Positions 9,565 through 17,301 of a DNA stretch of 35,412 nt are shown here, piece by piece; the first letter of the stretch is position 1; each line of letters begins with the position of its first letter. The stretch spans positions 1 to 35,412 of the forward strand of contig CANPDS010000001.1 in the NCBI GenBank assembly GCA_947573015.1, in the 5' to 3' direction. The notes under the pieces were generated by a model. That model saw only the letters and a list, made by a program, of their open reading frames with translations, made no database searches and was not told the DNA's origin. Made by a program: the position numbers and the translations under genes. The stretch is from an uncultured Muribaculum sp. Lineage in GTDB: Bacteria > Bacteroidota > Bacteroidia > Bacteroidales > Muribaculaceae.

Positions 9565-10551
9565 ATGAAGATAGGAAACATCGACCTTGGGCCCCGTCCG
9601 GTGATGCTTGCTCCGATGGAGGATGTCACCGACCACTCTTTCCGCCTTATCTGCAAAGAGCTGGGCGCCGACATGGTGTACACAGAATTTGTCAGCGCCG
9701 ATGCCCTCATACGCAATATCAGCGCAACCACGCGCAAGTTGCATATCGACCCACATGAACGGCCCACAGCAATCCAGATCTACGGACGAGAGGTTGAGCC
9801 GATGGTCGAGGCGGCGAAAATAGTCGAGGAGGCCCATCCCGATCTGCTCGACATAAACTTCGGATGCCCGGTAAAAAAAGTAGCCGGGAAAGGCGCCGGT
9901 GCCGGCATGCTCCGTGACATCCCCAAAATGCTTGAGATCACACGCGCTGTGGTCAATGCCGTCAATATTCCAGTCACTGTCAAGACACGTCTGGGATGGG
10001 ACCATGACTCACGCATAATAGTGGAGCTCGCCGAACAGCTTCAGGACTGCGGCATACAAGCACTTACCGTACATGGCCGCACACGCTCTCAGATGTATAC
10101 CGGACAGGCCGACTGGGAGATGATAGCACGCGTAAAAGAAAATCCCCGGCTTCACATACCGCTGATTGGAAACGGCGACATCACCACTCCGGAAAAAGCA
10201 TTGGAGGCATTCGACCGTTACGGCGTTGACGGGGTGATGATCGGGCGCGCATCAATCGGCGCACCATGGATTTTCCACGATGTAAACCGCGCCATACACT
10301 CGCTCCCTCCCGAGCCACTTTCAAATGCCGAAAAATTCCACATTCTACGCCGTCAGATCACGGAAAGCATCGCCAACATCGACGAGCACCGGGGTATACT
10401 CCACATACGACGTCATCTTGCCGCATCACCGCTGTTCAAGGGGATACCAAACTTCCGCGACACACGTATAGCCATGCTACGCGCTGATACATGGGAGGAA
10501 CTCGACTCAATACTCAATCATATAGAAACCGACATTCTCGTCGACGGATAG
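9565..10551 (+). CDS. dusB: tRNA-dihydrouridine synthase B
   Basis: LAPMEDVTD, DINFGCP, PVTVKTRLGW, VHGRT, NGDI and GVMIGRA motifs. Confidence 0.95.
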   Translation: MKIGNIDLGPRPVMLAPMEDVTDHSFRLICKELGADMVYTEFVSADALIRNISATTRKLHIDPHERPTAIQIYGREVEPMVEAAKIVEEAHPDLLDINFGCPVKKVAGKGAGAGMLRDIPKMLEITRAVVNAVNIPVTVKTRLGWDHDSRIIVELAEQLQDCGIQALTVHGRTRSQMYTGQADWEMIARVKENPRLHIPLIGNGDITTPEKALEAFDRYGVDGVMIGRASIGAPWIFHDVNRAIHSLPPEPLSNAEKFHILRRQITESIANIDEHRGILHIRRHLAASPLFKGIPNFRDTRIAMLRADTWEELDSILNHIETDILVDG

Positions 10552-10641
10552 CGCAGATTACGATAGATTCATATCGAGTCGCGTTATTATCTTTATTTTT
10601 AACAATCTCTTATTTATCAACAGGAAAACTCTGCCAATATT

Positions 10642-11370
10642 ATGAAAAAGGTATTACTTACACTTGCTGCGCTCCTCTGCATATCCGCAATGCAGATAGC
10701 AGCCCAGACCGACAATAGCACATTGAGAAAATACGAAATCCCGGTAAGCGACTTCACCACACTGAAAGTTGTGGAAGGCGTAACCGTGGAATACCGTGCC
10801 AGTGCCGATTCTGCAGGATTCGCAACATTTACCACCACTCCCGAAATGGCGTCGCTTCTGATGTTTACCAACAACAAACAGACACTTGAAATACAACTGT
10901 CAACCGATGGCATCAACCATACCGGCCTACCCACAGTTACTGTATATTCACGCTTCCTCACCAAAGCTGAAAATTCCGGCGACTCGCTGCTGCGCATAGC
11001 CACTATCGAACCGACCCCGGCTTTCCGCGCCCGTCTGATCGGCAACGGACGCCTGTCAATACGCAACATCGACACAAACTATCTCGACGCATCACTTGAG
11101 ACTGGCAATGGTGTGATGGCCATAAGCGGTAGCTCGGCAAAAGCAAAATATAGCCTTATCGGCACCGGCTCGATACAGGCAGAAGATGTGCAGGTGGCAG
11201 AAGTAAAATGCTCTATGCTCGGCACAGGATACGTGCAATGCTCGGCTTCGGAGACACTTACCGTCAGCGGTGCCAGCTCCGGAAAGGTATATTACAAAGG
11301 CACTCCGAAAGTCAAAAACCGTTCAATCGGCGTGAAAGTGATTGCTATTGAAGAAAATGCGGCTAATTAA
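10642..11370 (+). CDS. DUF2807 / GIN-domain (putative adhesin head) protein
   Basis: Signal peptide; DFTTLKV then repeated G-x-G beta-helix units (GNGRL, GNGVM, GTGSI, GTGYV) ending GKVYYKGTP. Confidence 0.8.
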   Translation: MKKVLLTLAALLCISAMQIAAQTDNSTLRKYEIPVSDFTTLKVVEGVTVEYRASADSAGFATFTTTPEMASLLMFTNNKQTLEIQLSTDGINHTGLPTVTVYSRFLTKAENSGDSLLRIATIEPTPAFRARLIGNGRLSIRNIDTNYLDASLETGNGVMAISGSSAKAKYSLIGTGSIQAEDVQVAEVKCSMLGTGYVQCSASETLTVSGASSGKVYYKGTPKVKNRSIGVKVIAIEENAAN

Positions 11371-11414
11371 CGAAATTTTTCCTTAATAATAACCGCCTTT
11401 TAATATTTTTCATT

Positions 11415-11422
11415 TAACTTTG
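11415..11422 (+). promoter_or_regulatory. -7 promoter element (TAACTTTG) with no downstream CDS
   Basis: TAACTTTGCA followed by structured non-coding sequence and a terminator. Confidence 0.7.
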
Positions 11423-11425
11423 CAC

Positions 11426-11588
11426 CCGATAAGGTCAGGCACACGGATTTTCGTGTCGATACAAGGCCTTTTAACAGCATACTCCTTTATCTTTTCTATC
11501 TGTTTATGGATATTTGGATTGCCTGTGATTCACTTTTTCAGGCATACAGCACGGCTCTGTCGGTTATGACAGGGCCGTGCTTGCTTTA
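11426..11588 (+). ncRNA. Candidate structured small RNA (~160 nt)
   Basis: Own promoter; nested 5' stems AAGGTC/GGCCTT and ACACGG/TCGTGT; CU-rich middle; TGCCTG/CAGGCA hairpin; terminator. Confidence 0.6.
11548..11588. terminator. Intrinsic terminator, probably bidirectional
   Basis: AGCACGGCTCTGTC-loop-GACAGGGCCGTGCT followed by TTGCTTT; just past the DMT stop codon on the other strand. Confidence 0.75.
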
Positions 11589-11591
11589 ACT

Positions 11592-11972
11592 TTATCTACC
11601 CGTATCCATAAACACCAGATATACCGCAGCGATTATAAGCAGGAATGCGACGATATGATTCCATCCCAGTTGTGTACCCCTGAAAGCCAACATGGTGAAT
11701 ATCGTGAATACCACCAATGTAATACACTCCTGCATAACCTTCAGCTGCACGAGCGAAAACGGTCCTCCATTTCCGTCAAATCCAATACGATTGGCGGGGA
11801 TCATGAATATATACTCTATCAGGGCGATACCCCAGCTAAGGAGAATAACGGCATACAGAGGCCAGTTGCTTGACACACCACTCGACTGAAGTTTCAGATG
11901 GCCATACCAGGCCAAAGTCATGAACACATTGGATACGACCAATAAAAGCACCGTAATAACAGCAGGTTTCAT
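11592..11972 (-). CDS. DMT family small membrane protein (DUF486/DMT_6)
   Basis: SNVFMTLAWYGHLK, SWGIALIEY...PANRIG, QLKVMQE signature; ATG at 11972. Confidence 0.92.
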   Translation of the reverse strand: MKPAVITVLLLVVSNVFMTLAWYGHLKLQSSGVSSNWPLYAVILLSWGIALIEYIFMIPANRIGFDGNGGPFSLVQLKVMQECITLVVFTIFTMLAFRGTQLGWNHIVAFLLIIAAVYLVFMDTGR

Positions 11973-11985
11973 TCTCAAAAATCTA

Positions 11986-13053
11986 TCAATATAGCTTGTT
12001 TAAGCAATTATGGTTTGGGTGGTTCATGTATTTGCGGAGCGCAGGAAGATATATGTAATGCTTGCCCGAACCACGTTCTATAGGAAAAATCTCATGCTTG
12101 CGTGCCACAGCCTCATCACAAAGGGGAGCATGCCACAATTTACCATGCGGAAGCAGTCCTTCGCAAATCGAGTCGAGCGATGCCTTATACAGCCCGCTAC
12201 AAGGGGGATAACCGAGCGCCGTCCACATCACAGCGCTATCGGGAGCATCTCCAGGAGCAGGCAGCTCGATAATAACGCTCGCACCAGTTGAATAACGCGG
12301 TATAAAATCCTGATCGACAAGCCATCGGTCAGAACTATCCGCTGCCGCAAAGGCATCATATCCCAGCAAGGAATGATAAAAACTGCATGATACCGAATCA
12401 AATATAGCGTGCGGCGCAACATCCCCGCGCCTTACCATCGGAGCAAGCAATGTTTCGGCCGAAGCTTCCCTTATATAACCCAGGCCCCCATCATCGACGC
12501 CCGAATGGCTGTAATTGGTACGCACGATCATTGTGTCGGGCCTAAGCAGATCGATCCTGACAAATCCCGTATCGCATGTCTCAAAATATGCCGCATGGCC
12601 CGATGCATCAGCACATCCGAAATTGGCCTGCACTCCAAGCGGACGCGGCATGCACCGTAATATGCTGTCGAAAGATGCCACATCGCGACACACTCTCAAT
12701 GCCCGGGACATAACTATCCCCTCTTGATCGCGCAGCCGGGCGGTGTCCGGCGCAAGATTGTAACTCGCGGTATTCATCACCGCAAAGCCGGCCTCATTCA
12801 CACCGGTCCAGGCCTCCAGCAGCAGCGAATCACCACCATTGAAGAGAGCGATATAGGCCATACCGGCCTCACCGGCAGGAGGCGCAACACGCGCAACGAA
12901 GCTATGCTCAGTGCCAGTATCCCTATGTTTCCACAACAGGATGCGTCCGGAAGCTGAAGCCTCCCCTCCGATAATGGCACTTGTGCACGCCAATACTGCC
13001 GAAATGCAACCACATATCAACAGTAGCAATACGAAGCCTCGAATCTTTTTCAT
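11986..13053 (-). CDS. C45-family / acyltransferase-like Ntn-hydrolase, secreted
   Basis: Signal peptide ending VLA then CTSAII (N-terminal nucleophile Cys); WKHRD, GVNEAGFAVMN, RTNYS. Confidence 0.8.
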   Translation of the reverse strand: MKKIRGFVLLLLICGCISAVLACTSAIIGGEASASGRILLWKHRDTGTEHSFVARVAPPAGEAGMAYIALFNGGDSLLLEAWTGVNEAGFAVMNTASYNLAPDTARLRDQEGIVMSRALRVCRDVASFDSILRCMPRPLGVQANFGCADASGHAAYFETCDTGFVRIDLLRPDTMIVRTNYSHSGVDDGGLGYIREASAETLLAPMVRRGDVAPHAIFDSVSCSFYHSLLGYDAFAAADSSDRWLVDQDFIPRYSTGASVIIELPAPGDAPDSAVMWTALGYPPCSGLYKASLDSICEGLLPHGKLWHAPLCDEAVARKHEIFPIERGSGKHYIYLPALRKYMNHPNHNCLNKLY

Positions 13054-13138
13054 AGGTGCAAAGTTACTCATACTGACAGGCAACTATTCAATCGGAGAAT
13101 ATGTCATAATCCTCATTTTTACTAAAAAACGTTAAATA

Positions 13139-13169
13139 ATTGGGGGGGGTAAAATTTTACATACATTTG
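13139..13169 (+). promoter_or_regulatory. Putative promoter with a G8 tract in the spacer
   Basis: ATTG (13139-13142), 19-nt spacer, TACATTTG (13162-13169); G8 at 13142-13149. Confidence 0.5.
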
Positions 13170-13305
13170 CATGCTTTCGAATCTGTTTCGTCCTTTATGC
13201 ATAATGAAACAAAATAGACCATAAAAGCACTCCCAATACTTCCACTTCGATACCATTACCCTAAGTATAACCTAAAACAACTTTATTAACCCTAAACTAA
13301 AAAGT

Positions 13306-14103
13306 ATGAAAAAATTTTTACTTGCACTGACCATGGTGGCAACATCAGTTGCTTTCGCCTCCGCACAGACATCGACCAATGTAGTTTTCGATTTCACCAA
13401 TCCCGGCGCATCCGACACGCCCTATATATTATCACCCGTATCGTTTGGCGACCTGAAAGAAAACCCCAAGACATATACATATCAAACTGATAAAACAAAA
13501 TACTGGCGAATAAACCTCACCGGCGAATCAATCAAATGCGATGGCGTGACAATTACACCTGCCACTACCGGCAGCAACTGGCCACGATTCTTCTTCAACA
13601 CCAAACAGGATGTAGTGGCCGATGACTGGAACTGGGAGGGGACTACCGCCGCCGAATGTGGATTTGACTGTGATTTCCGCATCTACAATCCATCTACAAT
13701 CAAAATCACCGCCCCTGAGGGGAGCAAGATTACAAAGGTAGTATTCACAGGATACCGTTTCAACTCATCCACGGTATATGAATTTCAGAATGTAGCTCCG
13801 GAAGAGGGCACTCCCGGTGAGCACAAAGTTACGGAGAAAGGTGTTGCTCCTTATACCAACACATGGACATACGCAGCCGGCCTTAGCGAAGTAACCTTTG
13901 TCACCACCGGCACAACCACACAGATATGCCGCAAGATTACCGTCACTCTCGAAAGCACTACTACCGGCATTGAAGAAGTGACATCAAACGCTCAAAATGC
14001 AGCTATACGCTATTACAATCTTCAGGGACATGAAGTAGCCAATCCTTCATCGGGCATATACATCAAGGTATCGGGCAACAAAACCACGAAAGTAGCACTC
14101 TGA
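13306..14103 (+). CDS. Secreted protein with T9SS-type C-terminal sorting domain, function unknown
   Basis: Signal peptide; C-terminal TGIEEV...YYNLQG..V.NP..GIYI....KTTKV pattern typical of Bacteroidales T9SS cargo. Confidence 0.8.
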   Translation: MKKFLLALTMVATSVAFASAQTSTNVVFDFTNPGASDTPYILSPVSFGDLKENPKTYTYQTDKTKYWRINLTGESIKCDGVTITPATTGSNWPRFFFNTKQDVVADDWNWEGTTAAECGFDCDFRIYNPSTIKITAPEGSKITKVVFTGYRFNSSTVYEFQNVAPEEGTPGEHKVTEKGVAPYTNTWTYAAGLSEVTFVTTGTTTQICRKITVTLESTTTGIEEVTSNAQNAAIRYYNLQGHEVANPSSGIYIKVSGNKTTKVAL

Positions 14104-14152
14104 TAAATTGCTTCGCGATAAAAATTTTAATTTCACATTCTTTCAATTGCAA

Positions 14153-14190
14153 CACGGCTCTTTCACTTGGATGAAAGGGCCGTGCTTTTG
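14153..14190 (+). terminator. Intrinsic terminator
   Basis: CACGGCTCTTTCA-loop-TGAAAGGGCCGTG followed by CTTTT. Confidence 0.75.
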
Positions 14191-14287
14191 CACCGTACAC
14201 AGACCAGCAGCATTTGTATGTAAAGAGCAGAATCATTAACTTTGTGAAAGTCGCATGACTGCCAAACGATTTCAAAGAATACAAAAT

Positions 14288-15196
14288 ATGGACAATGCTG
14301 AGATCAAGAAACCGGCGGAAGTATTTTTTTGCCCCAAAATCAATGCAGAAAACCTTGTAAAGGTCTACCGCCGGATGGGTCGCGAGGCGAAGGGTCGCGT
14401 AGCTATTAAATTATCAACCGGAGAGGCCGGCAATCCCAACCATCTGAGCACCGATGTGATCAAAAAGCTCGTTCACCTGGTTGACGGTACGATCGTAGAG
14501 TGCAATACAGCCTACGATGGCCGTCGTTGCAATGTCGCCGACCACATGCAGACCGCAGCCGAACATGGCTTCACTGCCATTGCCGAGGTCGACATAATGG
14601 ATGCCGAAGGTGATATGGAACTTCCCGTTAGTAACGGCAAGCACCTGAAAGTAAACTATGTCGGCAAGAACTGGCGCAACTACGACTTCACAATTGTCCT
14701 CTCCCACTTCAAGGGGCATCCCATGGCCGGCTTCGGCGGAGCATTGAAGAATGTGGCCATCGGCATGGCTTCTTCAAGAGGTAAAGCATGGATACACACT
14801 GCCGGAGGTTCGACTGATGTGCCTGTCGATTGGGACAACGTACCTCCTCAAGAGGATTTCCTCGAATCCATGGCCGAGGCATGCGAATCTGTATTCGACA
14901 AAGCCGGCGACAACATACTCTTCATAAGTGTCGCCAACAATCTGTCGGTTGATTGTGACTGTGTAGCCGATCCAGAGCCAATAAAGATGGAAGATATCGG
15001 TATCCTCGCCTCTATTGATCCGGTAGCCCTTGACAGAGTCTGCGTCGATATGGTGTACAACTCTCCCGATCCCGGCAAATCGCACCTTATCGAGCGCATG
15101 GAATCGCGTCAGGCAACACACATACTTGATTATGCCGAACGACTGGGACTTGGAACACAAGACTACCGCATCACTATCGTCGGCGATGCAGAATAA
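14288..15196 (+). CDS. DUF362 family Fe-S protein
   Basis: VAIKLSTGE, VECNTAY.G.R, LSHFKGH.MAGFGGALKN..IG.AS..GK, SVDCDC, DIGILASIDPVALD; start 14288 or 14255. Confidence 0.85.
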   Translation: MDNAEIKKPAEVFFCPKINAENLVKVYRRMGREAKGRVAIKLSTGEAGNPNHLSTDVIKKLVHLVDGTIVECNTAYDGRRCNVADHMQTAAEHGFTAIAEVDIMDAEGDMELPVSNGKHLKVNYVGKNWRNYDFTIVLSHFKGHPMAGFGGALKNVAIGMASSRGKAWIHTAGGSTDVPVDWDNVPPQEDFLESMAEACESVFDKAGDNILFISVANNLSVDCDCVADPEPIKMEDIGILASIDPVALDRVCVDMVYNSPDPGKSHLIERMESRQATHILDYAERLGLGTQDYRITIVGDAE

Positions 15197-15764
15197 TGAA
15201 TCTATCACCCGGGCTGAGGGTAACATAGATATAATCGACATCGATATAATAATGAATTCCCGACTCGTGCTTATGTGCGGCATAAGTGGGTCGGGAAAGA
15301 CATATTTTTCCAAGATGCTCGAAAAACATGGTTTCGTCAGGCTTTCGGCAGATGAGACCGCATGGAGGCTCTCGGGAGAAGACTTTCCCAATCTGCCCAT
15401 CTCCAGTCAGAAGGAGATACTCGCCAAATCGATCGATGAATTGCTTGCTCTTTCCATTAAGCATCTGCAAGATGGCAAAGCTGTGGTGGTCGATTCCACT
15501 ATGTGCAAGCGGAACAAACGCGAACAATTCCGCGCATCAGTACTACAAGACACGGGCATCGAACCTCTTATCGTTTACCTAAATTCGCCGCTCCACATTT
15601 TGCGCCACAGGCTTATGGACAGAAATAACACAGGGCCAAACGACCAGATCGTCACGAATGAGAATCTCCGGACATACTTTGACAACTTCGAGAGACCATC
15701 CGACAACGAGCACACATACATCATTAATCTGACCAAAACTTTACCTTCATCTGAATATGATTGA
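15186..15764 (+). CDS. P-loop kinase-like ATP-binding protein (AAA_33 type)
   Basis: Walker A GISGSGKT, LSAD, VVVDST, R..R lid; start 15186 or 15252. Confidence 0.8.
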   Translation: MQNNESITRAEGNIDIIDIDIIMNSRLVLMCGISGSGKTYFSKMLEKHGFVRLSADETAWRLSGEDFPNLPISSQKEILAKSIDELLALSIKHLQDGKAVVVDSTMCKRNKREQFRASVLQDTGIEPLIVYLNSPLHILRHRLMDRNNTGPNDQIVTNENLRTYFDNFERPSDNEHTYIINLTKTLPSSEYD

Positions 15765-16578
15765 CGCAGCCACACAGCAGACACTACGTGCCACATACAA
15801 TCCAGACGGCTCCGAACTGCGCAGCCATCAACTTGTAATGCTCGACATGCTCACATGGCTCGACAGCATATGCGTACGTCACGACATACCATATTGGCTC
15901 AGTTCAGGCACACTGCTCGGGGCCGTGCGCCACGGTGGATTCATCCCTTGGGATGACGATGTGGATGTAGAGCTACCTGAGTCGCATTTCCAACAGCTTC
16001 TCAATGCGATCTCAGCCGAAGCCCCGGCTGCGGGATATGCATTGCAGACATCAACTACCGATCCGGAATTTCTGTTTCCATTCGCAAAGCTGAGGGATAC
16101 ACGTACCACAATCTCCGAGGCCGACGGTCTTGACTCTCTTCAGGCATTTCATGGCGCATACATCGACATATTTCCTATTGCACCCTCATCCTCACGCAAG
16201 CTCCACAGGCTCGGCTCAAAACTTGTGGGCACAGAGCTAAAGATGCGCGTCGCCCTCGCCGGTCATCTGCGTCTGCTTGCTCCACTGCGTCTGGCAATGA
16301 AACATATTGTCTATCCCATGCTGCGCCGGCTGTCGAAGATTGGCGCAAACGGCAAGTGCCGCCATATAATCCCCAGCTATTTCCCGGCGACACGCATGCT
16401 CAACGAATGTCTGCCCACATGCCGTATAGAATTCGAGGGACGTACATTCAATGCCCCAAAGTCGCCTCATGATTACCTCACACACCTTTTCGGGCCTAAC
16501 TACAACTCTCTACCGAAGAGCATCCACACTCACCTGTCCACAAATTCAGCCACAACGGCACCTCGCATGTCGGAATAA
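15757..16578 (+). CDS. licD: LicD family phosphotransferase
   Basis: YWLSSGTLLGAVRHGGFIPWDDDVDV, IDIFP, FEG..F.AP...HDYL..LFG. Confidence 0.9.
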   Translation: MIDAATQQTLRATYNPDGSELRSHQLVMLDMLTWLDSICVRHDIPYWLSSGTLLGAVRHGGFIPWDDDVDVELPESHFQQLLNAISAEAPAAGYALQTSTTDPEFLFPFAKLRDTRTTISEADGLDSLQAFHGAYIDIFPIAPSSSRKLHRLGSKLVGTELKMRVALAGHLRLLAPLRLAMKHIVYPMLRRLSKIGANGKCRHIIPSYFPATRMLNECLPTCRIEFEGRTFNAPKSPHDYLTHLFGPNYNSLPKSIHTHLSTNSATTAPRMSE

Positions 16579-16583
16579 TTATC

Positions 16584-16591
16584 TAACTTTG
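16584..16591 (+). promoter_or_regulatory. -7 promoter element of rnpB (TAACTTTG)
   Basis: Consensus match directly upstream of the RNase P RNA. Confidence 0.75.
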
Positions 16592-16599
16592 CACATCAT

Positions 16600-17055
16600 A
16601 GGGAGGAATTCCTGGGAGCCGGACGGTCAGTCGCTTGCCGACATCATGAGCGGCAAGAGGAAAGTCCGGGCAACGTAGAGCACCATGGTTGTTAACGGCA
16701 ACCTGCCGGCGACGGCAGAGCAGTGTGACAGAAAATTACCGCCGCATCTGCGGCAAGGGTGAAAAGGCGGGGTAAGAGCCCACCGGGCGACATGGCGACA
16801 CGTCGCGCCGCACACCTCATGGGTTGCAAGGTCAAGTATACCGGCATTTAAGGGTTGCTCGCCCATTGTCGGGGGGTAGACTGCTACCGTGGCCATGCAT
16901 CGCATGGCCCAACCAGATGGTCCGGCAACGGACATCGTAGATAAATGGCTGACCGGCATGCCCCGTCGGCTCCGCGTGGAGATCTTACGGTCTTCCACCG
17001 CTCCGATACCCGGCATGACCGACATAACCCGGCTTATAGTCCGGCTCCCACCTCC
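16600..17055 (+). ncRNA. rnpB: RNase P RNA, bacterial type A
   Basis: P1 TGGGAGCCGGAC (16613-16624) / GTCCGGCTCCCA (17039-17050); GAGGAAAGTCC at 16657; AGGGTGAAA..GGTAAGAGC; TAGATAAATG; ACATAACCCGGCTTAT. Confidence 0.97.
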
Positions 17056-17186
17056 TTTTTTACTTCGATTTGTTTAGAGGTTTCTGCTAAGGTACAGACA
17101 ACCAATCCGGAAAAAAATCACACACATTCATTTTACATTTTTCACTTAATCAAAGTGCCCACCAAAATGAGCACAAATATTGCACA

Positions 17187-17217
17187 CATATACTAATAAT
17201 CATATACTAATAATCAT
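17187..17217 (+). repeat. 14-bp tandem repeat (CATATACTAATAAT x2 + CAT)
   Basis: Directly visible in the AT-rich region upstream of the 855-aa ORF. Confidence 0.85.
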
Positions 17218-17301
17218 TAATTAACAGGCTAATTGAAAACTTTCAACGTATGACTGCCTGTTATATTTACATATTTACACACCTACCTTAATTATTTGTA
17301 T

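Noticed and set aside
16627-17196. ORFs of 132, 62 and 83 aa
   Set aside because: They overlap the RNase P RNA gene
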